Of a stretch of DNA of 64,000 nt, positions 38,691-47,513 are shown piece after piece. The stretch comes from a phage. Both the position numbers and the translations under genes were made by a program. Location: NCBI GenBank assembly GCA_018509705.1, contig GCA_018509705.1_3630.1. One strand, given 5' to 3'. Position 1 is the first letter of the stretch. Each line of letters starts with the position of its first letter. The notes under the pieces were generated by a model, which had not been told where the DNA came from, made no database searches, and saw nothing but the letters and a program-made list of their open reading frames with translations.

Positions 38691-39626
38691 ATGACAAATG
38701 AGGAATGTATAATGAAGTATTTTAATGCAGACGACCTAGTTGACAAAGGTCTTGTAACCAGCAGATATTACCCAGATCTTGGGTTAAAGATCTATAAATA
38801 TGCCAGAAAAGTATTCTACAACAACTTATGGCATTTGTCTCCTCGATTACTGGAGTGCCGAGGCATTGTTGTCGGTAATGAAGGAAATGTTGTGGCATGG
38901 CCCTTCACAAAAGTGTTTAACTTGGGAGAAAACTCCACCAACCTGCCTGACAATAAGCTTGTGACGGCGGTAGAGAAAAAGAACGGATTCCTTGGTGTGG
39001 TGTCATCTCATAAAGGTGAACTATTGTTCTCAACAACCGGGTCTCTTGATTCTCCATATTGTAACCTTGCAAAGGAAACCATCCAGGAGCAATGCAGTAA
39101 TTTAGATCTTATCAAGAAGGTTATGGGCAATGAAAACATGACATTCATGTTTGAAATTTGTCACCCTTCAGATCCGCATATTGTTCAGGAAGATCATGGT
39201 GCATATTTGATAGGTTGCAGATATAATGATTCTGGAATAATGCTACCAGAAGCAGCTTTAGATGGGATTGCCAAATACCTTGGTGCAAAACGTCCTCACA
39301 CTGTGCGTGAAATTCCGTTCAGTTATGCAAAAGAATTGGCTGCAGAAACAAGAGGTGAAGGGTATATGATTCGTAAGCCTTACTACCCTTATGATCTGCA
39401 GCTGAAGATTAAGTCTCCATACTATCTGGCACGGAAGGCCGTAATGAGGGGTAAAGCTTGGAAGATTTGGGATGATGATATCTTTAAACGTGTTGACGAA
39501 GAGTTTTACGGCATGGTAAACTTCATTCGTAACAACTACACAGAGGATGTATGGAACTGCCTCCTGGAGCAGGAACGCCGTGAGATACTTGATTACTATT
39601 TCCACAACGAGAACTATATGCAATGA
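38691..39626 (+). CDS. RNA ligase (nucleotidyltransferase superfamily)
   Basis: Motif I-like VEKKNGF, motif IV-like GEGYMIRKP, motif V-like LQLKIKSP; adjacent to kinase/phosphatase and the tRNA cluster. Confidence 0.55.
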   Translation: MTNEECIMKYFNADDLVDKGLVTSRYYPDLGLKIYKYARKVFYNNLWHLSPRLLECRGIVVGNEGNVVAWPFTKVFNLGENSTNLPDNKLVTAVEKKNGFLGVVSSHKGELLFSTTGSLDSPYCNLAKETIQEQCSNLDLIKKVMGNENMTFMFEICHPSDPHIVQEDHGAYLIGCRYNDSGIMLPEAALDGIAKYLGAKRPHTVREIPFSYAKELAAETRGEGYMIRKPYYPYDLQLKIKSPYYLARKAVMRGKAWKIWDDDIFKRVDEEFYGMVNFIRNNYTEDVWNCLLEQERREILDYYFHNENYMQ

Positions 39627-39973
39627 AGAAGTTGATTGTGTGGCTAGATGACTTGAGAGATCCGTCAAATTATGGGCTCCCAGACGCTATTTGGCTAAAG
39701 AATTCCTCCGAGTTTATGGATTTTATTAACGATAATAAAAAGCTCTACAGACGCGTTTCTGAGTGGCATATGGACAACGACCTTGGAGAGGTATTCGAAG
39801 GGTACGATTGCCTATCCATGTTGGAGGAAAAGTTTGTATTTGGTAAGCCTCCTGTAGTTGACAACGTGAAGATTTTCGTGCATACTTCTAACCCATCAGC
39901 GGCTCGTAAATTCATGCTTGCGACTGACTCGTTTAAAAAGTTTGGAATAGAGATTAAACAAAACATCTACTGA
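39623..39973 (+). CDS. hypothetical protein (116 aa)
   Basis: ORF track; overlaps the RNA ligase stop and precedes the Sir2-like gene. Confidence 0.4.
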   Translation: MKKLIVWLDDLRDPSNYGLPDAIWLKNSSEFMDFINDNKKLYRRVSEWHMDNDLGEVFEGYDCLSMLEEKFVFGKPPVVDNVKIFVHTSNPSAARKFMLATDSFKKFGIEIKQNIY

Positions 39974-39981
39974 GGACACTT

Positions 39982-40743
39982 ATGCGACGACTGATTGTTA
40001 TCTCCGGTGCTGGTTTGAGTGCTGAATCTGGTATTCCCACTTTCCGATCTGGTAGCACTGCAATGTGGGAGAATTTCAGCATCGATGAGGTGTGCAACAT
40101 CCACACCTTTGCCAAGAACTACTATAAGGTGCATGACTTTTACAATGCACGTCGTGTAGCTTTAGGCAGTGTTGAGCCTAACCTTGCACATCTTCGGATC
40201 GCTGAGTGGTATTCCCGCTGGTCTGGTCGTGTGATCAACCTTACCACCAATGTAGATGATTTGCTGGAGCGTGCTGGTGTAAAACATGAAGATATTTTAC
40301 ATGTCCACGGGTATTTGCCAGAAATAGTCTATGAGGACGATGAAGGAAGTGACGTCATTAAGGACATTGGATACTCTGAGGTAGACGCAGGAAAGTATAC
40401 CTGGGTTAAGCCTAATGTGGTGTTCTTCGGAGAAGTAGCTCCGAAGTATACAGACATGTATGACCTGTTGACTTCTCTTACGAGCAATGATATGGTTATC
40501 CTTGTAGGGTGCTCCAACACAGTTATCAATTTTAACTGGGAGCTATTCCCTGCCTGCAATAAGGGAACCAAACTACTGATCGTTAATAAATACGACTCAC
40601 AGCATCTAGAGGAGAATGGCATTTCACGTAGTGATATTTACCAGTATGAGGATCGCGGCATCCCAGTTTGGTTTAACGGTGCGGTTGATGCCTTCTCTGA
40701 TAAAACATTCATTGAGACTGTAGAAAACTTTATGGAACTTTAA
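39982..40743 (+). CDS. Sir2-family NAD-dependent deacylase / ADP-ribosyltransferase-like protein
   Basis: N-terminal GAGLSAESGIPTFRSG motif and HVHG catalytic-His motif; Zn-ribbon cysteines not evident. Confidence 0.65.
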   Translation: MRRLIVISGAGLSAESGIPTFRSGSTAMWENFSIDEVCNIHTFAKNYYKVHDFYNARRVALGSVEPNLAHLRIAEWYSRWSGRVINLTTNVDDLLERAGVKHEDILHVHGYLPEIVYEDDEGSDVIKDIGYSEVDAGKYTWVKPNVVFFGEVAPKYTDMYDLLTSLTSNDMVILVGCSNTVINFNWELFPACNKGTKLLIVNKYDSQHLEENGISRSDIYQYEDRGIPVWFNGAVDAFSDKTFIETVENFMEL

Positions 40744-40756
40744 AAGGAGACCTTTA

Positions 40757-41470
40757 ATGCTGAATACTAAATTAATTGACAACCTGGAAAAACTATCCCA
40801 ACCTGAAAACTACCTTTGGTCTGCCAACTGGGTGGAAAACTGGAACCGTGTGGCAGCTAAAGTGAAAAAATCATACACACCATTCGAATTACAGCTTAGC
40901 TTCATTGAGGAAGAGTTCAATGAAGTTTTGGAAGAGCTGGAGAAAGGTGATGGTGGAGATCACCTGCTAAAAGAGGCCTGCGATCTTCACGTTGTCACAA
41001 GTTATGCAGCTTATCTTGTTAATGACAATCACGAAAAGTGGTCAAACCTGTTTGATAATCCACGAGGTCTTAAGTTCAAGATCGGTGAGTTCTATGACAC
41101 ACTGATCGCTGCGAAAAACACATCCAAGCAAAGAGCGTCAGCTTACCGTTTAGCGGAGTTGTCAACAGCTTTGCTGTTCCAGCTTCGCGGCGATGTGTGC
41201 GGGATGATGCGTAAGGTTCTCAAATCGAATGACAGCAAGTTTGCACGGGTCAACCATCTACGGTATTCACACGGTGCCAGTGCAGATATGCCTGCTGAAC
41301 AACTCATCGAGTTGGAGATTAAAGATCTTGAGCGACGCTTTGATGGTCGATATGAAGGTTTTGTTGCTAAGGAAGAATTCTACAACGGTAATAAAGTTAT
41401 CATATTCCTCGACAGTAAAGGTAAGATTATGAAGCCTTCAAGCTTCAAGGATGTAACAGAATATATTTAA
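40757..41470 (+). CDS. hypothetical protein, possible MazG-like nucleotide pyrophosphohydrolase domain
   Basis: Glu-rich segment SFIEEEFNEVLEELEKGD...LKEACDL resembles all-alpha NTP pyrophosphatase metal-binding motifs; weak. Confidence 0.3.
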   Translation: MLNTKLIDNLEKLSQPENYLWSANWVENWNRVAAKVKKSYTPFELQLSFIEEEFNEVLEELEKGDGGDHLLKEACDLHVVTSYAAYLVNDNHEKWSNLFDNPRGLKFKIGEFYDTLIAAKNTSKQRASAYRLAELSTALLFQLRGDVCGMMRKVLKSNDSKFARVNHLRYSHGASADMPAEQLIELEIKDLERRFDGRYEGFVAKEEFYNGNKVIIFLDSKGKIMKPSSFKDVTEYI

Positions 41471-41477
41471 TAATATA

Positions 41478-41505
41478 GCCGGGGCGATCCCGGCTTTACT
41501 TGTTT
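41478..41505 (+). terminator. hairpin plus T-rich tail
   Basis: gccggggcgatcccggc followed by tttacttgttt. Confidence 0.4.
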
Positions 41506-41534
41506 CGGAAAGTATGCAAGTGAGGTAGAAAGTT

Positions 41535-41843
41535 ATGTACAAGCACTCCAGAGATCTTGAAAACGATGCTGTGTTTGGGGATCAGATGAAAGAATTGGTT
41601 AAACTTATAGGTAGGATAGAGGATAAGTTTGACACTAAGATCTACATCGACAGCAAAGTATTCAACCACAAAATATGGACAAATCTGTGTGTTGGACTAC
41701 ATGGAGATAAAGATGTGGTAAATTTAGTTGTAATTAAGTTCATAGTGTGGCAGAATAAAACTATAAATTATTACGATCCACACCTGCTTGTTTACCCGAT
41801 AAAAGACCTATTAGAGAAGGAGGACTGCAATGCCGTTATTTAA
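41535..41843 (+). CDS. hypothetical protein
   Basis: ORF track; AGGTAGAAAG-type RBS. Confidence 0.35.
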   Translation: MYKHSRDLENDAVFGDQMKELVKLIGRIEDKFDTKIYIDSKVFNHKIWTNLCVGLHGDKDVVNLVVIKFIVWQNKTINYYDPHLLVYPIKDLLEKEDCNAVI

Positions 41844-42099
41844 TCTTGCTAAACCTGTAGAAGCACACCAGTTTGACGGAAGCTCTTCATCAGTATCTGA
41901 TCTGCAACGGTGGATTGATACAGGTGTGTTTACATCGTCACCTGTTCGGACCAGAGATCTTCGTCGTATGTGTGAGCTTGTAGAGCCGTTTGGTAACCTA
42001 GTCTTGTACCAGGGTGATTGGCTTGTTGATTTTATGGGTGACTGGTTGGTAATGAGTAAAGAAGAGATGTTTAAAATTTTTAAGGAAGAGGTAGAGTAA
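41830..42099 (+). CDS. hypothetical protein
   Basis: ORF track; coupled to neighbours. Confidence 0.35.
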   Translation: MPLFNLAKPVEAHQFDGSSSSVSDLQRWIDTGVFTSSPVRTRDLRRMCELVEPFGNLVLYQGDWLVDFMGDWLVMSKEEMFKIFKEEVE

Positions 42100-43364
42100 T
42101 GCATCAATTCAAAACAACACTTTATGCTCGCAATAAAGACGGGTCCATCCAGATGTGGAAAGTAGATACAAGCGGCAACGAGGTTATTGTTGTGTTCGGC
42201 AGGGTTGGTGGCGCTGTACAATCAAAAACCACAAAATGTGAAGCCAAAAACATCGGGCGATCCAACGAAACTACAGCAGAAGAACAAGCTGTTTTAGAGG
42301 CGCAGTCTAAATGGGAAAAGCAAGTCCGGCTGGGTTACAAAGAAAATGTCGAAGACCTTGAGGCCATTGACATTTCACCTATGCTGGCGCAAGATGCTTC
42401 GAAAAAACCACACGCTATTGTGTATCCATGCCACCTGCAACACAAACTTGACGGGAACCGTTGCTTTGTCAAATTCGTAGACGGTGTACCTAAATTCATC
42501 TCTCGCGGTAACAAAGTGTATGAGCCGAAAGGTAACATCCTCCGTGAGCTACAAGACCTGCATGAAGAAACAGGCTTTGATGAATTTGATGGGGAGTTCT
42601 ACATTCACGGTTTACCGTTGCAGAAAATAACCTCCCTCGTTAAGAAATGGCGTAGTCTGGAAGACATTGAGAAAGAAATTGATAAGGATTTCATGGCAGA
42701 CATAAAACGCCGTGAGAAAGCGATCAAGGCCGGAGAGGAGACATGGAAAGACTTCAACAAGGTTGATCATCCGGTTTATGAAGAACCTGTCCGTGATTCT
42801 GATCGGTATGGAGGTTACTGCTCTTATGACCTGAAACTGATGGTGTTCGATGTTCCTGATTGCATCCATCGCTGGGAAGATCGGGCCACAAATCTTCAGG
42901 AAGTTATTGATTATTGTGAAGTTAACCATCTCACAAACGTCGAGGGTGTTCCTTTCAAGATCGCCTACAACGAGGAAGAGGTTCGCAACTCCATCGGACA
43001 GTACATGCAGGAAGGTTATGAAGGATCTATTATTCGTAACTTCTGTGGCACCTACGAATACGGTCAACGCTCTACTGATCTGCTCAAGTGGAAACTGTTC
43101 ACCGATGTTGAAGCAAAAGTGATCGGTGTTGAAAAAGATAAAAACGGGGAAGGTGTTCTTATCTGCGAAGAGAAAGATGGGACACAATGCAAATGCAAAA
43201 TGAAAGGCACTTTTGCCGTAAGGAACTACGAAAAATGCTGCTCATATGTTGGCAAATTTATCACGATAAAATTCCAACAGCGTACGGTGGACGGTGTGCC
43301 TCAATTCCCTGTGGGTATCGCATTCCGCAATCTTAATCCAGAAACTTGGGAGGTGCTGGAATAA
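42099..43364 (+). CDS. ATP-dependent DNA ligase
   Basis: Adenylation motif I PCHLQHKLDGNRCF (KxDGxR) and further nucleotidyltransferase motifs; 421 aa. Confidence 0.7.
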   Translation: MHQFKTTLYARNKDGSIQMWKVDTSGNEVIVVFGRVGGAVQSKTTKCEAKNIGRSNETTAEEQAVLEAQSKWEKQVRLGYKENVEDLEAIDISPMLAQDASKKPHAIVYPCHLQHKLDGNRCFVKFVDGVPKFISRGNKVYEPKGNILRELQDLHEETGFDEFDGEFYIHGLPLQKITSLVKKWRSLEDIEKEIDKDFMADIKRREKAIKAGEETWKDFNKVDHPVYEEPVRDSDRYGGYCSYDLKLMVFDVPDCIHRWEDRATNLQEVIDYCEVNHLTNVEGVPFKIAYNEEEVRNSIGQYMQEGYEGSIIRNFCGTYEYGQRSTDLLKWKLFTDVEAKVIGVEKDKNGEGVLICEEKDGTQCKCKMKGTFAVRNYEKCCSYVGKFITIKFQQRTVDGVPQFPVGIAFRNLNPETWEVLE

Positions 43365-43487
43365 TGTAGGAAGGTCTAGTAGGTAACGGTAACCAATTGA
43401 ATGATGGTTTTCAATTGGCACCTACATAACCACACTATGCAGTGTTGTTGATCGGGTTAGTTATGAGTAAACTGGAGAGTATGAAAA

Positions 43488-43976
43488 ATGAAACTTGATA
43501 AAAATGTTCAACGAAAAGCTTTCTTGGATATGATCGCATATTCGGAAGGAACAGATAATGGTAGACAACCTACCAAGGATCGGGGGTACGATGTCATAGT
43601 CGGCGGCAAGCTGTTCAGCGATTACAGCAAGCATCCCGGTGTTTACGTTAAGCTAAATGCTAAACTTACCTCCTCCGCTGCTGGGCGTTACCAGGTTTTG
43701 GAGAAGTTTGCTAAACACTACATGAAACAGTTAGGATTACCAGATTTTGGCCCTGCCAGTCAGGACAAGATTGCGTTGCAACTGATCCGTGAGTGCAAGG
43801 CTCTCGCCGACATTGATGAAGGGCGTATTCATCAGGCCATTTATAAATGCCGCAGCCGCTGGGCAAGCTTCCCACCACCGCCAGGGGCTGGAAAGCTGTA
43901 CAATCAGCGAGCAGAAAGTATAGACAAGATGCTGGAGATCTTTAAGAGGGCAGGTGGAGTTGTTACAGATGAGTAA
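43488..43976 (+). CDS. endolysin, lambda R-type lytic transglycosylase
   Basis: N-terminus QRKAFLDMIAYSEGTDNGRQPTKDRGYDVIVGG closely parallels the lambda R N-terminus recalled from memory. Confidence 0.8.
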   Translation: MKLDKNVQRKAFLDMIAYSEGTDNGRQPTKDRGYDVIVGGKLFSDYSKHPGVYVKLNAKLTSSAAGRYQVLEKFAKHYMKQLGLPDFGPASQDKIALQLIRECKALADIDEGRIHQAIYKCRSRWASFPPPPGAGKLYNQRAESIDKMLEIFKRAGGVVTDE

Positions 43977-44649
43977 CGGGATTGACTGGTGGAGTGTCTT
44001 TAGATACGATACAGGCACTGGAAGGTTGTTTTGGAAGTCCCCACCAAAAAACAAACCTCAACTAATGGGAAAGGAGGCTGGATGTACTAACAACGGGTAC
44101 AGGGATATAGTCTATCGTGGCGTGCATTACTACAGGCATAGATTGGTGTGGGAGATGCATTATGGACCAATCCCAGAAGGGTACGAAGTTGATCACATAA
44201 AGCCACTTTTCTATTCCGACGGTGTTGCGGATGATAGGGTAGAAAACCTACAACTGTTAACACCAGAAGAAAATGCAAAAAAGGCGGCAGATGACGGATG
44301 CCTGGCACGCAAGATACCTAAATCCAATACTGGACATTTGGGTGTATATTTTCATGCTAGATCTGGAAGGTATGCTGCTTTTGGTAAGGTAGGTCATTAC
44401 TATAAGAAAGACCTAGGAGAATACGATACCTTAGAAGAGGCCATTGCTGCTCAAAAGTCTTTTGAAAGTGGCACGTTTGTCAGGGAATATCGTGGACAGC
44501 CTTTAGGGAGGGATAAATCTAGAGGTGTCAGATTTGAAGCAGATAGGGGCAAATGGAAAGTAACTTTCAGAGGAAAAACGCTAGGCAGGTTTGACACCAA
44601 AGAGTCTGCTGAAGCGTGTTACGCAAAGGCTCTTACTGAAAGCTTGTAA
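43969..44649 (+). CDS. HNH homing endonuclease with AP2-like DNA-binding domain
   Basis: HNH_3-type core (YRHRLVWEMHYGPIPEGYEVDHIKP...ENLQLLTPEEN) then AP2-like segment; start placed at the ATG overlapping the endolysin stop. Confidence 0.6.
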   Translation: MSNGIDWWSVFRYDTGTGRLFWKSPPKNKPQLMGKEAGCTNNGYRDIVYRGVHYYRHRLVWEMHYGPIPEGYEVDHIKPLFYSDGVADDRVENLQLLTPEENAKKAADDGCLARKIPKSNTGHLGVYFHARSGRYAAFGKVGHYYKKDLGEYDTLEEAIAAQKSFESGTFVREYRGQPLGRDKSRGVRFEADRGKWKVTFRGKTLGRFDTKESAEACYAKALTESL

Positions 44650-44717
44650 CAGTATCATTGACATAACCACACGGACGTGGTATTGTCACCTCATAAAATG
44701 TTTGAGAGGGTTTAACC

Positions 44718-44924
44718 ATGAAAGATTTTCTGTTGGCAATTTTGTTCATGGCGGCATGTCTGGCCTGTGGTGTAGTGTTTGCAGGTGAAACAGCGTATCT
44801 TGTCGATGTATATCGGGACAATGGTAAACGTATTTGCCTTTATGAGACAAGCCAAGGTGAGCTCTACGAACTTGTGAAACAAGGAGAGGCAGGTTCCTGC
44901 CCTCGTACCCATTTCTTTGAATGA
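44718..44924 (+). CDS. small secreted or lipoprotein-like protein (68 aa)
   Basis: N-terminal hydrophobic signal-like segment with Cys (LLAILFMAACLACGVVFAG). Confidence 0.3.
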   Translation: MKDFLLAILFMAACLACGVVFAGETAYLVDVYRDNGKRICLYETSQGELYELVKQGEAGSCPRTHFFE

Positions 44925-44933
44925 GGAGGATAC

Positions 44934-45398
44934 GTGGAAGACGGACGTTTAATGAAGTCTGAACGCAGGCTTATTGTGCAACTGATCCCAGAAACAGCTT
45001 GGTATAATAACCTCCGAAACGCTGTAAAGAAGAGTGAGTGGGATAAGATCCGCAAGAAGTGCTATAGAGAAGCCAACTACACCTGTGAGGTGTGCGGCGG
45101 TAAAGGCAGCAAACACCCAGTGGAGTGTCATGAACTTTACACTTTCGAAGAGGGAGTGATCCGGCTTGTCGGACTGATAGCGTTGTGCCCAGATTGTCAC
45201 ACATCGGTGCATCCTGGGTTAGCAAATATTCGTGGAAAGTATGCTCAGGCAGTTAATCAGTTGGCTAAGGTGAATAAGATCACCAGAGGTATGGCAGAGG
45301 CGTATTACCGAGACTGCTTTGCAGAGTGGCGCGAGCTTAGTAAAGTTCCAGAATGGAAGACTGACTTTTCGTGGATAGAGGATTACCTTGATGGCTAA
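44934..45398 (+). CDS. hypothetical Cys/His-rich protein (possible zinc-binding nuclease)
   Basis: CEVCGG...HPVECHELY...ALCPDCHTSVH cluster. Confidence 0.3.
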   Translation: MEDGRLMKSERRLIVQLIPETAWYNNLRNAVKKSEWDKIRKKCYREANYTCEVCGGKGSKHPVECHELYTFEEGVIRLVGLIALCPDCHTSVHPGLANIRGKYAQAVNQLAKVNKITRGMAEAYYRDCFAEWRELSKVPEWKTDFSWIEDYLDG

Positions 45399-45681
45399 GA
45401 GATCTGTAAAAGAGAAATTCGATAAGACAGCTTTTGTATTCGATACACCTCTGGACGATATCATCAGAGGTATGCAAGCCTTGTATCGGAAGGCTGAATC
45501 TGAGCAGTTGTCTGAATCAGAACTTTACTGGCTTGGTTGGTGGGAGTTAAACCTGCCTAGAGCTGAAAGTTCTTGTCTGAGAACTGTTAAAACGTGCGCC
45601 CAAGAAAACGCTGCACTTGGAATCTACCACAAAAGGAAAAGATCAACAAAAAGCTCTCCAAGAAAGACTAAAAAGTCTTGA
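45388..45681 (+). CDS. hypothetical protein with basic C-terminal tail
   Basis: ORF track. Confidence 0.3.
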   Translation: MMAKRSVKEKFDKTAFVFDTPLDDIIRGMQALYRKAESEQLSESELYWLGWWELNLPRAESSCLRTVKTCAQENAALGIYHKRKRSTKSSPRKTKKS

Positions 45682-45707
45682 CAAAAGTGTTATTAATCTG
45701 ATATTAT
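45678..45707 (+). promoter_or_regulatory. sigma70-like promoter (TTGACA-18-TATTAT)
   Basis: cTTGACAaaagtgttattaatctgaTATTATcgg upstream of the 45741 gene. Confidence 0.45.
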
Positions 45708-45740
45708 CGGTCAGATATCTATAAACTAGGAGAACTAGAT

Positions 45741-46049
45741 ATGCTTAAAATTTTTATTGTTGAAGATAAAGATATTGTCCAGTTGTATGCAAACGAGAAT
45801 CATAAAGGTATGATTCTGAAGAAGGCAAGCAACCTTCATGAAAACACAATTCAACCTGGCGATGTAATTAAGATCTGTGGTTATATGATACCAGACTCCT
45901 TGATGAAAATAACCCACCACTGGGGGTCTAATCCGTTCCTTTTTGAAAAGTATTGGGATGTTGAGTCACTTATTGCAGAGAGTGATGATGCATTCCATTA
46001 CAGCATCCAACCATCTTGCAGAATAACTAACAGGAGGGTCTTTGAGTAG
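45741..46049 (+). CDS. hypothetical protein
   Basis: ORF track; AGGAG RBS. Confidence 0.35.
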   Translation: MLKIFIVEDKDIVQLYANENHKGMILKKASNLHENTIQPGDVIKICGYMIPDSLMKITHHWGSNPFLFEKYWDVESLIAESDDAFHYSIQPSCRITNRRVFE

Positions 46050-47181
46050 AGAATATCCACTTATTGAGTCCATAGATTGTCTGGCTGATCTTCTTGAACC
46101 TGACGCTATAGTTTATTATGACTTCGATCAGGTTGCATATCAAGCTGCAGCAAGTTGTGAAAAAAGGACAATTGAGGTAACACACAAAGCCTCCGGACGT
46201 AAGAAGATGTTTAAAACACGAACAGAGTTCTGGGGGCGGCAGAAGAACACCGTTGGTGGTTGGTTAAAAGCTGAGAATACCAACCGTGAAGCTGCATGTA
46301 AAAAGGCTGGCAAGGAGTTTATTCCGTGGACACGAGAAGATTTCGATGTCTTGGATATCCAAACCCCTGATCCTGTAGAGAACTGCTTGCACACAATTAA
46401 GTGTAAAGCTAATGCAGTCCTTAATTATCTCGGTATTCCGGAAGATCGGTGCGTGGGGGTACTTGGAGGCACAGGTAATTTCAGACTAGATCTTCCCATG
46501 CCGGAAAGATATAAAGCCAACCGTAACAATACTCTTCGACCACTGCTGCTTGGAGATGCAAGACAGTATCTCCAAAAGCAGTATAATGCTCAAGTGATCA
46601 ACGGTATCGAGGCTGACGACTGGTTAGCTATCCAGCAATTTGAAGGTTGGAATCACTACCAAAAAACAGGTAAGTTCAACAAGTTTATTATCTCTATTGA
46701 TAAGGACCAAAGAACACTACCGGGGCTTGTGTTCGATCCCATGCGAAACGATAAGGGAGATTTTGTAAGAGAAACCCCTATGCTGATCGATAACGGTATG
46801 GGGAACATCTTCATGAAGCCTAATGGAGAGGTTGGTGGTTACGGAATGCTGTTCTTCGGATACCAAATGCTGTGTGGTGACTCTGCTGACAACATCAAGC
46901 CGTATCAGGGACTTATCGGTAAGGGTAAGTTCGGAGATGCCTCAGCATTCTACCTACTGTCTCAGTGCAGCACTCCAAAGGAGATGTGGATGGCTATTAT
47001 TGATCAGTACAAGAAGTGGTTCCCGAAAGGTGTTGTTAAGTATACTGACTTCAATGGTATTGATCGTAGAATTTCCGTAGGTCAATGGATGAGTATAATT
47101 TTTGACTGTTTGTATATGAAGCGAACATTCAATGATCAAACAAAACTTGTTAACGTTCTTAGAAATGTTGGAGCAATTTGA
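46042..47181 (+). CDS. 5'-3' exonuclease / flap endonuclease (RNase H-like)
   Basis: YKANRN and GIEADDWLA motifs plus H3TH-like GDSADNIKPYQGLIGKG; alternative (TTG) start. Confidence 0.6.
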   Translation: MSREYPLIESIDCLADLLEPDAIVYYDFDQVAYQAAASCEKRTIEVTHKASGRKKMFKTRTEFWGRQKNTVGGWLKAENTNREAACKKAGKEFIPWTREDFDVLDIQTPDPVENCLHTIKCKANAVLNYLGIPEDRCVGVLGGTGNFRLDLPMPERYKANRNNTLRPLLLGDARQYLQKQYNAQVINGIEADDWLAIQQFEGWNHYQKTGKFNKFIISIDKDQRTLPGLVFDPMRNDKGDFVRETPMLIDNGMGNIFMKPNGEVGGYGMLFFGYQMLCGDSADNIKPYQGLIGKGKFGDASAFYLLSQCSTPKEMWMAIIDQYKKWFPKGVVKYTDFNGIDRRISVGQWMSIIFDCLYMKRTFNDQTKLVNVLRNVGAI

Positions 47182-47513
47182 TGACTAAAAATTCTGTAGA
47201 TAACGCAATTATGGAAGCTGTTTTTGAGGATGATCACACAACAGGGACACTTAAAACAAAAAATACATTCGTTGTTGCCACAGGTATGTGGCGGTTGTAT
47301 GAAGATGACACCATTTCATACATCCTGTACACGGATGATTACGCAGATGACCGTGTATGGTCTGCTGTTTTAAAAGAGGATTGTGAGCTGATTGAGGGCG
47401 AGCGGTTATGCATGTTCACCAGTGTGGAAACAGATGTTAAGCTTTGCTCTCTCGTATTGTTCAAAGATAAGGCTTATGCTCCTGATGAAGGAGAGGAGGA
47501 TGAGGAAGCATGA
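47178..47513 (+). CDS. hypothetical protein with acidic C-terminus
   Basis: ORF track. Confidence 0.3.
   Translation: MMTKNSVDNAIMEAVFEDDHTTGTLKTKNTFVVATGMWRLYEDDTISYILYTDDYADDRVWSAVLKEDCELIEGERLCMFTSVETDVKLCSLVLFKDKAYAPDEGEEDEEA

Noticed and set aside
42612-43187. 191-aa minus-strand ORF inside the DNA ligase gene
   Set aside because: Antisense to an ORF with clear ligase motifs; the translation is hydrophobic and low-complexity.
44718-44924. 68-aa ORF as the o-spanin or holin partner of the endolysin
   Set aside because: Its lipobox is non-canonical and it has no partner i-spanin nearby; a better spanin pair exists at 32809-33491. Kept as a low-confidence small secreted protein.
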